DNA of 33,978 nt from a virus (Duplodnaviria > Caudoviricetes), in IMG/VR virus record IMGVR_UViG_3300037692_000500, positions 1 to 33,978 of that record; one strand, 5' to 3'. Position numbers and translations under genes: made by a program. The notes below the pieces were generated by a model that searched no databases, had not been told where the DNA came from, and saw only the letters and a list, made by a program, of their open reading frames with translations. Within the stretch, counting starts at the first letter, position 1, and every line of letters begins with the position of its first letter. Shown piece by piece: positions 16,401 through 26,219 of this stretch.

Positions 16401-16712
16401 CCCCCCCCCTCTCAGAAAAAGGTGATAAGGTGATGAAACGATTTTTAGGCCGATATAACGACGAAATAACAAGGAGATATTAAGAAAGAAAAAAGGTGAT
16501 GATTTGGTGATTAGAGGTGATAATCATCACCTTTTTTATAACTTTTTTTAAAAATATAACTATCTAATATCATTACACATCACTTTTTACATCACCTCTC
16601 ATCACCAAATTATCACCTTTTTAGAAATGCTATTTATAGCTGTGCATTCGGTTACTTATCCTTGTTATTTTCCCTCTCATCACCAAATCACCTTTTTCTG
16701 AGAGGGGGGGGG
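16401..16712. repeat. Nested inverted repeats with GGTGAT/ATCACC iterons, candidate phage origin
   Basis: Perfect 26-bp IR (16401-16426/16687-16712), 12-bp IR (16464-16475/16659-16670), 32-bp IR with 2 mismatches (16490-16521/16591-16622), AT-rich centre. Confidence 0.85.
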
Positions 16713-16751
16713 GTACCTCAGTTTTTTTGCCTTTTTTCTTATTGTTAGGTG

Positions 16752-17000
16752 TTAGGTGCTGAGTGAGGAAAAAAGACGTTGCTGCTCGATACGAGGGAGC
16801 ATGCGTATCTTGGCAATGATCTGGTCCGGCAGGTCCATGGCGGATGGGCTGAGCGTGTGGGAAAAAGCAAGCTCCATAACGAAGGTGTGCCCGCATAGCG
16901 GATTGGAACAAGTGCAGTACAATTTTTTAACTGAATCGGATTCCTGAGCACTCGACTGAATAACGGCCACTTTCTCACAACGATTACATCTGATTCGCAT
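16752..17000 (-). CDS. ogr: Ogr/Delta-like zinc-finger late activator
   Basis: MRIRCNRC..LYCTCSNPLCGHTFV..FSHTLSPSA; GAGG RBS favours ATG 17000. Confidence 0.92.
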   Translation of the reverse strand: MRIRCNRCEKVAVIQSSAQESDSVKKLYCTCSNPLCGHTFVMELAFSHTLSPSAMDLPDQIIAKIRMLPRIEQQRLFSSLST

Positions 17001-17051
17001 AATCAAAAACCTCTAAAAACTCATATTAACTGATAATAGATTATACAATTT

Positions 17052-18050
17052 TCACTCAGTTTTTTCAAAGCTTATCGCATTGTTATTGCTTAATAAATCG
17101 TTAATTTGCAGCAAGTATTTTCTGAGCGGTGCTATCTCGTTTTTCTCGTAAATGACAGCCGATTTTGTCACGTCCCCGAAGCCTCCCCTTGCCTCTGCCG
17201 GGACGATACTTGCAAGTGCCGGTGGTATCCGGTGGGCGGCTATGATGTCGTCTCGCGAGATGTTTTTGATTTTCTCCAGATCATCCCTTGTTGAAAAATC
17301 GCCGACTGGAATAATCTGCACGTCTTTTTCCCGCCCATTCGGGATATGCAAAAACATATTCCTAAAGTTACCGAGCTTCTTGGTTGACTTGACGGCATCA
17401 CGTATAGATTTCTTTTCCGGCTCTCCAAGCATGGCGGCTGAGGAATAAAAGATATAGCCGACATGCGCGCCGTTGAGGTAATACCGTCTGCGAAAAAGGG
17501 TTGCGTCCTCATTGAGCAACATTGACTGGATCGCTCCCAGGTATGACGGTATGCCGTAGATAGTTTGAGCTACGTCATAGTTTTTCATATGCAGCACTTC
17601 GCCGGGCTTGAACTCGGTCTTTGAACCGTCATATTCAATCATGCAGTATTGGTCTTTCGCCTTCATTCTCCTCATATTGATTGCCGGAAGATGCCGGAGG
17701 TATACGACTTCCCCGATAAGGTTCTTTATCTTTTGAAAATAGGCGTTGCAGAAGGTGACGAAATCCGTGGTGAACGGCACTATTTCGGAAAACGGCACTG
17801 CCGGTGAAAGGATGATGTCCTTCAAAATCATATTCGTTTTGAACTCAAGCAGCGGCCCGTGGTAGGCATTGGCACCACGTAGCCGGGCCAGGCCCGAGAG
17901 CGAGACAGGCGGGGAATAATACGAACCGTTATCCAACAGGAAAACCCCGAGGTAATCGGTAATGCTGCCATTAACGACCGGTTCCGGATCCCCGAAGGAA
18001 AAGGCCATCGATTCTTCTTGTTCCGCTGCTCTCTGCTTTTTTTTAGCCAT
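17052..18050 (-). CDS. gpQ: Portal protein (P2 gpQ-like)
   Basis: FSFGDPEPV, YGIPSYLG..LLNEDATLFRRRYY.NGAH.G, GNFRNMF, AAHRIPP. Confidence 0.95.
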   Translation of the reverse strand: MAKKKQRAAEQEESMAFSFGDPEPVVNGSITDYLGVFLLDNGSYYSPPVSLSGLARLRGANAYHGPLLEFKTNMILKDIILSPAVPFSEIVPFTTDFVTFCNAYFQKIKNLIGEVVYLRHLPAINMRRMKAKDQYCMIEYDGSKTEFKPGEVLHMKNYDVAQTIYGIPSYLGAIQSMLLNEDATLFRRRYYLNGAHVGYIFYSSAAMLGEPEKKSIRDAVKSTKKLGNFRNMFLHIPNGREKDVQIIPVGDFSTRDDLEKIKNISRDDIIAAHRIPPALASIVPAEARGGFGDVTKSAVIYEKNEIAPLRKYLLQINDLLSNNNAISFEKTE

Positions 18051-18075
18051 TGGAGTTGTCCGTTAATATAAAATT

Positions 18076-19830
18076 TTACATGCACTCGACGGTTGCTATT
18101 GATACCTGATCGTGACTGATCGGCTCGTTAGCCAGCGCATGCATGATTGACCAGGCCACGTCCGCATGGCCGGTTGTATTTGTCCTGTTTGCCGCGTAGG
18201 TGATCTGGCCGCCTGGCGTCATGATTTTGCGGATAGTCAAAAATGCATGGGCGATGGTGGTTTCCTGTGCATCCCATTCAATTCTTTTGGCCTCAATGAC
18301 TTCCTGTGCTTTTAAAACCATGTGGCTTTTTGTGCTGACTGAATAATGGATAGGCGTTGCCTGGGGATAAAAATTTTTAACGTTGTCAAATACTCCTATT
18401 CCAGGGCCGGTAACATCGATTCCCATGTAGGAAAAATTAAATTGATTGCAGAGCGCTTTAATTTCTTCAGCCTGCCAGGTGAAACTTTTATCGACCCACT
18501 TCAGTCTTTTAATAACCCTGAATTTTTCGCCTTTGATAAGCGGAGGTAAAACGACAACAAAAGAGGCGTCATCACGTACTCGGCTGGGATCGTATCCACC
18601 CCAGACAGGACGGTTACCGACAGGCCGGATTGCATTATGATCAACGTCATGCCAGAGACTGGAGTCAACGGCGCAGTCCTCCAGATCCACAAAACGGAAT
18701 ACGCCGAAAGTGTCATCGACAAACAGGCATCCAAATAAATTTTTGAATTCATCAGGGCTGTATTCGAGAATTAAACTATCCCGGTCAAAAAGATTACAGC
18801 CGCCCGCCTCGGCATCGTCCAAGGTAATTATTTTTCTAAAGGTATTGTCAGGGCAGAGAATACCGGATTGCATTTCTTTAAAACCCGGGAACTCAACCCG
18901 TTTCTTTTTAAAACGCTGGTTGTATCTCTCCCCTGTCCATAAATCATATGCGTCATGAGTGACCGCCGATGGAGTTGAAAAAAGTGTCTTTCTCCATTTT
19001 TTATGAGTCGCCATTCCAGACGCGACTTTATAAAGTTCGTTGAATTTTTGAATCCAAAAGAACTCATCGATATACACATCACCGGTATAACTTTGTGCCG
19101 ACTTGGAATTGTTTGATAAAAAATGGAGTTCTGCCGGACCATTGGCAGTATGCAGCACCATCGGATTTCCAGACAGATCAATATCAAAATGTTCGCGCGC
19201 AATGGAAATAATATACCGGCGAAATACTTCGGCTTGAGCCCTGGTTGCCGAGAGGAAAATTTTATTTCGGCCATGCAGCGCGGCATCTTCAAAAGCCTCT
19301 TGCGCGAAATACCAGGTTGCTCCTATCTGCCTGGATTTTAATAACATTCGGGTGCGGTTAAACCGCGCTTCCCGTAGTTCTAACTGGTATTTGAAATATT
19401 GTTTATGAAGCTTTGCTTTAAAGTCGGATGCGGAAAGTTTAGAGACATCGTTTTTACGTTTCTTACGATTTGCTTTTCCCTTGTTGCCGCTTCTTCTTTC
19501 TTCATTGGCTGGCGTTGTATTTCCCTTATCGAGGATTCCCCCGGTATTAGGATTAACCGATTGAATTTTTATAATTGAATCGATGAGAATTTTTATTTCA
19601 GTAAGATCAAGCCTTGTTTTGTCTTCCTTTTCGGCGATTAATGACAGCCTTCTAGTCATTGATTCGACAGCCGTTTCATGGATAAGAAGATCATCCCAAC
19701 TCTCTTTTATCCGCCAGTCGTAAATAGTGCGCAAGGGTGTATTGAGCAATTCGGCAATTTCTTTTGCCTTGTGCCTTCTTAAATACAGTTGCTTTGCCGC
19801 CTGTTTTATTTCTTGCGGATAATTAATCAA
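18076..19830 (-). CDS. gpP: Terminase ATPase subunit (P2 gpP-like)
   Basis: LKSRQIGATWYFA, YIDEFFWI, FSTPS, WGGYDPS, GHADVAW; TTG start with RBS. Confidence 0.95.
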   Translation of the reverse strand: MINYPQEIKQAAKQLYLRRHKAKEIAELLNTPLRTIYDWRIKESWDDLLIHETAVESMTRRLSLIAEKEDKTRLDLTEIKILIDSIIKIQSVNPNTGGILDKGNTTPANEERRSGNKGKANRKKRKNDVSKLSASDFKAKLHKQYFKYQLELREARFNRTRMLLKSRQIGATWYFAQEAFEDAALHGRNKIFLSATRAQAEVFRRYIISIAREHFDIDLSGNPMVLHTANGPAELHFLSNNSKSAQSYTGDVYIDEFFWIQKFNELYKVASGMATHKKWRKTLFSTPSAVTHDAYDLWTGERYNQRFKKKRVEFPGFKEMQSGILCPDNTFRKIITLDDAEAGGCNLFDRDSLILEYSPDEFKNLFGCLFVDDTFGVFRFVDLEDCAVDSSLWHDVDHNAIRPVGNRPVWGGYDPSRVRDDASFVVVLPPLIKGEKFRVIKRLKWVDKSFTWQAEEIKALCNQFNFSYMGIDVTGPGIGVFDNVKNFYPQATPIHYSVSTKSHMVLKAQEVIEAKRIEWDAQETTIAHAFLTIRKIMTPGGQITYAANRTNTTGHADVAWSIMHALANEPISHDQVSIATVECM

Positions 19831-20020
19831 TATATTCCTCGCCTGATTTAGACTCCTTTCACTCCTAGAATATCAGCTTTTTTCAGGTGTTCTTTTTATT
19901 TCATTTCGATAACGCGAGAATCGAAATGGAATTCGTGTACAACGATGATTCCGCCCTTTACAATTTAATTTTAAAGAGAGCACAGATTTTAAAACTATCA
20001 TTTCACAGGAGCTTTTTAAA

Positions 20021-20866
20021 ATGCCTTCTTCTCTTGTTTCAGACTGGAAACGAATTGCCCAATCGGGGCCGACAATGGACGGCCGTGTTATTAAGCCGGA
20101 ATGGCTGACGGATATGGCGGAGAGTTATAATCCGGACGTGTACACGGCTATGATCTGGCTGGATCATATGCGCTATGCCTCATATGGATCTGTTAAAGCG
20201 CTGAAGGTTGAAAAAGATGGGGATGTGGTTCGGCTGTATGCCAAAATCTCCCCTTCCCGGTCCCTGCTGCTAATGAATCAGGTGTGGGAGCAATATCTTT
20301 ATTTCTCCATCGAACCGATAGAAAACTTTGCCAAGTCAGGAAAATGTTATTTAGGCGGGCTTGGAATGACCGATCAACCGGCAAGTCTCGGGACCGATGA
20401 AATGAGATTTTCGAAGATGCCGGGCAGGGAATACACCGCGCGATATGCAGGTGAAAAGGTTCCCGACCTGCGGGAGCCCGACGACGAACAGGACATAGAA
20501 CGATTCGGGCAGAAGCTTGCTCGATTCTTTTCAAAAAACAACAAGCCAAAAGAGGACAACGAGCTCATGGATAAACAGCAATTTGAGGTACTGACAACTT
20601 CGCTTACAAACCTTCAGCAGACCTTCGGCGCTTTTGCAGAAAAGCTGGAAAAATTCACCACTGCAAAACCGGTTGAAGGTGAAGGCAAGCCCCAGAAAGA
20701 TCAAGCCGACGAAGCATACAAGACTCAGTTTACCGAGTTAAAAAATAGCCTGACTGCTCTTGACGGGAAATTCAATGCCATCGTTGAGCGTATTGAAAAG
20801 GTTGCACCGGCGACCGAGTTTAAGGAAAACACTGCAGCCGCAGCCGACGAAGCCGAACTTCTCTAA
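20021..20866 (+). CDS. gpO: Capsid scaffolding protein/protease (gpO)
   Basis: SGPTMDGRVI..WL.DMAESY, YLGGLGMTDQPASLGT. Confidence 0.93.
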   Translation: MPSSLVSDWKRIAQSGPTMDGRVIKPEWLTDMAESYNPDVYTAMIWLDHMRYASYGSVKALKVEKDGDVVRLYAKISPSRSLLLMNQVWEQYLYFSIEPIENFAKSGKCYLGGLGMTDQPASLGTDEMRFSKMPGREYTARYAGEKVPDLREPDDEQDIERFGQKLARFFSKNNKPKEDNELMDKQQFEVLTTSLTNLQQTFGAFAEKLEKFTTAKPVEGEGKPQKDQADEAYKTQFTELKNSLTALDGKFNAIVERIEKVAPATEFKENTAAAADEAELL

Positions 20867-20900
20867 AAAAAACTACAGGGCATAAGGAGAACATATTCCC

Positions 20901-21926
20901 ATGAAAGAAATCACACGGAAGCTGTACAACAACATGGCACTCCGCCTCGCCAAAACCTACGGCGTAGCAAGTGTCACCGCTCCTTTTTCGGCAACACCCG
21001 AGGTTGAACAGCGGCTACAGGATAAGATTGTTGAGCAGGATAACTTTCTGCAAAAAATCAACGTTATCACTGTCGCCGAGATTGAGGGGCAAAATATTCT
21101 TGGCAGCGCTTCCGGTCCATCGTCCGGCAGAACTGATACTTCCGTTGAAGGACAGGAACGCTCCCCTAGGGACCTGCTGGGACTCGATACGTTTGCCTAT
21201 AAACTGTATCAGACCAATTCGGATGTGTACATGCGGTATGCCACCATGGACGCCTGGGCCAAATTCAAAGACATGGCAGAGCGGTACGCCCGTTACCTGC
21301 AGCAACGCATTGCCAGTGATCGATGTCTGATCGGCTGGTTTGGGGCGTCTGCAGCCGCTGATACCGACCTTGTTGTAAACCCGATGATGCAGGACGTTAA
21401 TAAAGGCTGGATCCAGTACATGAAGGATAAAAAGGCCGCGAACATCCTTCTCACCGGAACCAAACAGGCCGGAGAGATCCGCATCGGCACCGATGGCGAT
21501 TTCCTTAATCTTGATCATGCTGTTTCCGATCTTGTTGAAGGTATCCCGCAATATCTCCGCCAAGACCTGGTTGCCCTTGTCGGTAGCGAGTTGCTCGGGA
21601 TGGAGAAAAGCGCACTGTATCAGGCCATTGCCCTGAAGCCGACCGAGAAAAATCTTGCAACCGCTTCGCTTACTTCCTTCGGCGGTCTCCCCACCGCTAC
21701 ACCGAATAATTTCCCAGCTCGCGGCATCGTCATCACCAGCTATGACAACCTGTCTATTTATGTCCAGGAAGGATCGTGGAAACGGCACCTGAAAGACAAA
21801 CCGGAGAAAGACCGGGTTGAGGACTACAACAGCCGGAATGAGGGCTATGTCGTAGAGACTCCGGATAAGTTTGTAGGCGTCGATTTTACCAAGGTCAAGC
21901 TTCCCGATGGCATTGGTTGGGCGTAA
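20901..21926 (+). CDS. gpN: Major capsid protein (P2 gpN)
   Basis: SGRTDT, LYQTNSD, DAWAKF, QDVNKGW, DNLSIY.Q, NEGYVVE. Confidence 0.96.
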   Translation: MKEITRKLYNNMALRLAKTYGVASVTAPFSATPEVEQRLQDKIVEQDNFLQKINVITVAEIEGQNILGSASGPSSGRTDTSVEGQERSPRDLLGLDTFAYKLYQTNSDVYMRYATMDAWAKFKDMAERYARYLQQRIASDRCLIGWFGASAAADTDLVVNPMMQDVNKGWIQYMKDKKAANILLTGTKQAGEIRIGTDGDFLNLDHAVSDLVEGIPQYLRQDLVALVGSELLGMEKSALYQAIALKPTEKNLATASLTSFGGLPTATPNNFPARGIVITSYDNLSIYVQEGSWKRHLKDKPEKDRVEDYNSRNEGYVVETPDKFVGVDFTKVKLPDGIGWA

Positions 21927-21941
21927 GAACGTAACGTGCTG

Positions 21942-21974
21942 ATCCTGGAGGGGCAACTCTCCAGGATGTTTTTT
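21942..21974 (+). terminator. Intrinsic terminator/attenuator after the capsid gene
   Basis: ATCCTGGAG..CTCCAGGAT followed by a T run. Confidence 0.7.
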
Positions 21975-21997
21975 GAAACCGAGACAGGAAAATTGAC

Positions 21998-22678
21998 ATG
22001 GGTATTATGACCAGCTTCCAGAAACAGAAAAAAACAGATCCGGGCTATGGCGCGTCAGGCAGCGGGTACAAAATCGTCGCCACCATGCCGGGCTCCAGCA
22101 TCGGCAAACAGCAGGCCGTCACGGCGTTTGAAAAAGAACTGGCGGCGGACCTGGAAAAGCTATCGTTTATCAGGAGTATCAAGCAAAAAGAAACGGAAAA
22201 AGCAGAACACCTGGTTCCTAAGTATTTGCCTGTTGTTCAGACTTTGATTGCTGCCGGTTCGGCTCATCCGCTGCTCGGGCAGATCCTTGTCTGGATGTTT
22301 GATACCAAGGACATTCACCAGGCCATGGGCCTAGCTTTTTACTGCATCGCAAACAATATCCCGATGCCGGAACGGTTTAAACGGGACCTGCCTACATACC
22401 TATGCGATGTGGTGCTTGACTGGGCTGATGGTGAGTTTGAAGCAGGCCGAAGCGCTGAACCATATTTCGAGCAGATGTGTGAAGCGGCAAAAGGCTTTGA
22501 TCTTCCCGACCAGGTCACCGCGAAAATGTACCGGTTGAAAGGCTTGATTGCCGAGAAAAACGAGGACTATGCACAGGCCGTGCTTGATCTGACAGAGGCC
22601 GAGAAATACGGAGCCAAGGTCAAAACAGTCCTGGCCCGTGTCGCTAAAAAAATGGATGCCGAATCATTCGGTCAATGA
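21998..22678 (+). CDS. gpM: Terminase endonuclease (small) subunit (gpM)
   Basis: LVPKY, VWMFD, PMPERFKRD, AKMY; position after capsid. Confidence 0.88.
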   Translation: MGIMTSFQKQKKTDPGYGASGSGYKIVATMPGSSIGKQQAVTAFEKELAADLEKLSFIRSIKQKETEKAEHLVPKYLPVVQTLIAAGSAHPLLGQILVWMFDTKDIHQAMGLAFYCIANNIPMPERFKRDLPTYLCDVVLDWADGEFEAGRSAEPYFEQMCEAAKGFDLPDQVTAKMYRLKGLIAEKNEDYAQAVLDLTEAEKYGAKVKTVLARVAKKMDAESFGQ

Positions 22679-22688
22679 GCTCCCACCC

Positions 22689-22754
22689 CCGGTCGAACCG
22701 GCGTGCAAGGGGTGTTATTTGCATGATACCCCTTGCACTGCCGGGACCGGCTTT
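22689..22754 (+). promoter_or_regulatory. Intergenic hairpin between gpM and gpL
   Basis: GTGCAAGGGGT/ACCCCTTGCAC (22703-22738) extended by CCGG pairs, followed by TTTT. Confidence 0.5.
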
Positions 22755-22782
22755 TGTGTAAGGTTGTGTAAGGTTAAAAAAT

Positions 22783-23256
22783 ATGAGCTTCACAGGATTT
22801 TCAGACGACATCCCGGCAGAGACAGAAGTGGTAAACGCTGCCTTCTGGCCCGCTCTCAATCTGGCAAAGTTTCAGGCTGAATACCGGTTACCGGCTGAAT
22901 ACAGACAGGAGATGTTGGCGCATCGTTTAAAACTATCCATGCTTTGGGCAAACGGACAGCTCAACGACTGGAGGCTTGAACAACAGGCCTTTGGTTTTGT
23001 GGATCTGAATTCCGTCACCGGCGATGCAAGCCAGGATCTTGGAGCCGAAAAGCGGTTGAATATTCTGTATGTCCGCGCGGTTTCCTGCCATGCGAAAGCC
23101 CTTCTGCTGGCGGATTATCAAACCATGATGAGAAAATCAGACGCGCAAAATGACGCCAAGGAGTCGGAAGATACGGCGGACAGGTGGCACACAATGGCGA
23201 CTGATGCAATCAACGGCATCCTGGGCAATCTAAAAATCCACGCGGAGGCGCTGTAA
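22783..23256 (+). CDS. gpL: Head completion/stabilization protein (gpL)
   Basis: N..FWP.L....F...YRLP, LY.RAV...AKA.L. Confidence 0.88.
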   Translation: MSFTGFSDDIPAETEVVNAAFWPALNLAKFQAEYRLPAEYRQEMLAHRLKLSMLWANGQLNDWRLEQQAFGFVDLNSVTGDASQDLGAEKRLNILYVRAVSCHAKALLLADYQTMMRKSDAQNDAKESEDTADRWHTMATDAINGILGNLKIHAEAL

Positions 23257-23705
23257 TGGAAAAACTGTCCCTGCTTGCCAAGCATCTTGAGTCCTTGCCG
23301 GGAATTACTCGCGACCAGATGGAAGCTTTTGCCGACCTGGGGAAACTCATTCCCACCGGCCGGGACCTCGGGCACGGTCTTGAAATTGGACGCTTTAAGT
23401 ATGACGCGGTGATATCGATTGAACGGTGTCCGGCTGTGATTGCCTCTTTGCTGCTTTCTTCCTTGTTGGTCTGGCTTGATAAAAATGACCCTGACCGGGA
23501 TCGATATCAACTGGCTGAACCTGACGTCGATGTCACGCTTGAGGATGAGCAAACGGTTTCCGTCCAGATCACCGTTGAGTTTGATGAGGGGCTGGAAATA
23601 GTTGAGGATCCGGACGGCCCGCTGCTTTATGACGGCAAGCTGTGGAAGGTTGCCGGTGTCGGAATTGATGTCGCTGAAACGCTGGATAGTTTGGAGAAAG
23701 CGTAA
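23256..23705 (+). CDS. Tail completion protein (gpR-like)
   Basis: Position, 149 aa, Y.AVISIER.P..WL...D.DR pattern. Confidence 0.75.
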   Translation: MEKLSLLAKHLESLPGITRDQMEAFADLGKLIPTGRDLGHGLEIGRFKYDAVISIERCPAVIASLLLSSLLVWLDKNDPDRDRYQLAEPDVDVTLEDEQTVSVQITVEFDEGLEIVEDPDGPLLYDGKLWKVAGVGIDVAETLDSLEKA

Positions 23706-24409
23706 TGGCTCTTGACCTCACTCTTGATACCGATCCCCGCTCACGGCTCCGGCTGAATCATCAGCTCGAAGTTTTGTGCATGGGATCGACCAGGCGGAGG
23801 GTGTTTTTGCGCCGAATTGGGAAAGAGGTTCGTTCGGATTTACGGAAAAACGTCAGGGGGCAGAAGACAGTTACCGGCTCGAAGATGGAGCCACGGGCAA
23901 CAAAGAAGAAACGGCGGATGTTTCTTAATATGTCAAAAAAAATGGTCACAAATCTTAAAGGCGACCATAGCGCAGACGTAACCTGGCGGGGATATGGCAT
24001 AGCAAAAACGGCATACCGACATCATCACGGGATAGCCGAAGACGTCACGGCACGAAAGGCATCTGCAATAGCAAAAAAACAATTTGGCCCCCCTGATTAT
24101 AAAGCCAAGGCTACACCAGCGCAAGCCAGGGCCTTGAACAAAGAAGGGTTCCGCCTGCGGGTGGCACGGAAGAGAGGCAAAGGCGGAGCCATCTTAAAGA
24201 AGGTTCCGCAAAAGTGGATCCAGGACAATATGACCGTCGGCAAGGCGGGCTTAATCCTCCGCCTGATGCGGACCAATAACCCGCGCGGAAAACAAAGCTG
24301 GAAAATAAATGTACCTGCCCGCCCAATACTCGGGGCCTTACCGGCAGACGCGGATAAATACCTCACTGCAATGGCCACAAGCATCTTGCAGGATACAAAA
24401 AGAGCATAA
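23705..24409 (+). CDS. Virion morphogenesis protein (gpS-like)
   Basis: Basic protein; Q...G....PR, HH.G, PARPILG. Confidence 0.8.
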   Translation: MALDLTLDTDPRSRLRLNHQLEVLCMGSTRRRVFLRRIGKEVRSDLRKNVRGQKTVTGSKMEPRATKKKRRMFLNMSKKMVTNLKGDHSADVTWRGYGIAKTAYRHHHGIAEDVTARKASAIAKKQFGPPDYKAKATPAQARALNKEGFRLRVARKRGKGGAILKKVPQKWIQDNMTVGKAGLILRLMRTNNPRGKQSWKINVPARPILGALPADADKYLTAMATSILQDTKRA

Positions 24410-24421
24410 GGAGAACCAACC

Positions 24422-25528
24422 ATGCTTGGAACAGTACAAATCAATAAGCTCAACCTGATACAAGGGGCGCTGCCCGATGTTGAGCGGCATTTTCTTTTTA
24501 TCGGGGTGGGTGCGACGAACGTTGGCAGCATTCTGTCTGTTGGTCCTGAGACTGATCTTGATGCCGCTCTTGGGGCAGTCAACTCCGTTTTGAAAACACA
24601 GGTGCTGGCCGCTTTGCAAAATGCCGGACAAAATTTTTCCGCTTCGGTTATGCCGATTGCCGTTGCTGCCGAATGGCCTGCAGCCGTCGATTTTGCCATG
24701 GAGAGTATCACTTGTGAGGCCGTTGTCCTTGTTGACCCCATAACGATCAACACCGCGCTTGAAGCCATGCAGACAAAAACCGATGAGGTTATGGCCTTGT
24801 ACATGCGCCCTATCTTTTTCATGGCGGCGGCCCGGGCGATTGATCCAGTGACCGAGTCCTGGGATAATTACATCACCGCCATTGAACCGCTTACGGAAAA
24901 TGTCGCAGCCGACCAGGTTTGTATTGTGCCGTATCTGTGGGGCAGTGACCTCGGCGCACTGGCCGGCAGGTTGTGTGACCGGTCCGTAACCGTTGCCGAC
25001 ACACCGATGCGAGTGGCGACCGGGCCGCTATCCGGGGAATGGGCTGAACGGCCAATAGACATGAACAACGCGGCCATCACCATGGCGCAGCTTAAGCAAC
25101 TGGACGCTAACCGTTTTTCCGTCCCCCAGTGGTACCCGGATTACCCCGGCACATACTGGGGCGATTGCAATATGCTGGATGTCCCGGGCGGTGACTTTCA
25201 GGTGGTAGAAAATCTCCGGGTTGTCCAGAAGGGCATGCGGAAAATATACCCGCTGGCGGTTGCCCGTATCGGTGACCGGCGGTTGAACTCGACCCCGGTC
25301 TCCATCGCCGAAAATAAACAGTTCTTCATGCGTCCATTACGGGCAATGGCTAAGAGCGTGACGATTCTTGGCAAGACTTTTCCGGGGGAGATCTACCCGC
25401 CGACCGACGACTCAATTGAAATTGTCTGGATGGATAAAACGACCGTGCAGATATACCTGATGATCCGTCCGTATAACTGCCCGAAAGACATCACCGTCAA
25501 TCTGGCCCTTGATCTGTCCAACGATTGA
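24422..25528 (+). CDS. Tail sheath protein (HP1/K139 type, DUF2586-like)
   Basis: VQIN.LNL.QG...VERHFLFIG, LAGRLC..SV.VADTPMRVATG, RFSVPQWYPDYPG, PY.CPK.I. Confidence 0.9.
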   Translation: MLGTVQINKLNLIQGALPDVERHFLFIGVGATNVGSILSVGPETDLDAALGAVNSVLKTQVLAALQNAGQNFSASVMPIAVAAEWPAAVDFAMESITCEAVVLVDPITINTALEAMQTKTDEVMALYMRPIFFMAAARAIDPVTESWDNYITAIEPLTENVAADQVCIVPYLWGSDLGALAGRLCDRSVTVADTPMRVATGPLSGEWAERPIDMNNAAITMAQLKQLDANRFSVPQWYPDYPGTYWGDCNMLDVPGGDFQVVENLRVVQKGMRKIYPLAVARIGDRRLNSTPVSIAENKQFFMRPLRAMAKSVTILGKTFPGEIYPPTDDSIEIVWMDKTTVQIYLMIRPYNCPKDITVNLALDLSND

Positions 25529-25556
25529 TAAAAAATCACAATAGGAAATTGAGAAA

Positions 25557-26006
25557 ATGAAAAGAGTAAGTAATTCGAGTTTTGCTTTCAGCCTTGGGGA
25601 TTTCAAGCTTATTGCCGAGAAAGCGTCCCTCTCTATTGAGGATGGCCGGAAAGTCGTCAAGGACGGCGGTATCCCGAACGGCTACGTGGATGGGGAAGTC
25701 GGAGCCTCCGGAGAGATTGAAATTGACGCTGCAGCGCTCTCGATTATTTCCGAAGAGGCGAAGTCAAAAGGATCATGGCAGGAAATCGAACCTGTGGACC
25801 TGCTGTTTTATGCCAAGGGCACCAAGGAAGAGGAGAAAGTTGAGGCCTTTGGCTGCCTGCTGAACCTAACCGATATCGCCGAGTACGACCCGACCAGCGA
25901 CAAAAAGGCTACCACAAAAATTACGTTCGAGGTTACCAGCCCGGACTTCGTCCGGATCAACGGTGTGCCGTATCTGGCTAAAGATCGTACAGAGGCGTTG
26001 GTCTAA
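25557..26006 (+). CDS. Tail tube protein (HP1 type, DUF2597-like)
   Basis: GIPNGYVDGEV, KVEAFGC, VTSPDFVRINGVPYL. Confidence 0.9.
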   Translation: MKRVSNSSFAFSLGDFKLIAEKASLSIEDGRKVVKDGGIPNGYVDGEVGASGEIEIDAAALSIISEEAKSKGSWQEIEPVDLLFYAKGTKEEEKVEAFGCLLNLTDIAEYDPTSDKKATTKITFEVTSPDFVRINGVPYLAKDRTEALV

Positions 26007-26219
26007 ATGGATATTCTGGACAGGGCTCAGGAACTGGAAGAGGAGCATCTTGAAAGGTCTCTCGCCTTTCGGTTTGTTGTTCCTGTTGGCCCTGACCGGG
26101 AATGTTGCATTGAGTGTGATGACCCTATTCCGGCTAAGCGGCTGGAGGCAATACCTGGTTGTCAATTGTGCGTGGATTGTCAGGCAGAACTTGAGATTGA
26201 GCAAAGGAAGCAACTATGA
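26007..26219 (+). CDS. TraR/DksA C4-type zinc-finger protein
   Basis: MD..DRAQELE, CIECDDPIP..RL.AIPGC.LCVDCQ. Confidence 0.92.
   Translation: MDILDRAQELEEEHLERSLAFRFVVPVGPDRECCIECDDPIPAKRLEAIPGCQLCVDCQAELEIEQRKQL

Noticed and set aside
16401-16712. CRISPR array
   Set aside because: Repeats are short, inverted and irregularly spaced, with no unique spacers or cas genes
21015-21956. 313-aa antisense ORF
   Set aside because: Shadow of the major capsid gene with no recognizable motifs
24097-24822. 241-aa antisense ORF and similar shadows (2383-2982, 11963-12559)
   Set aside because: They overlap well-supported genes on the opposite strand
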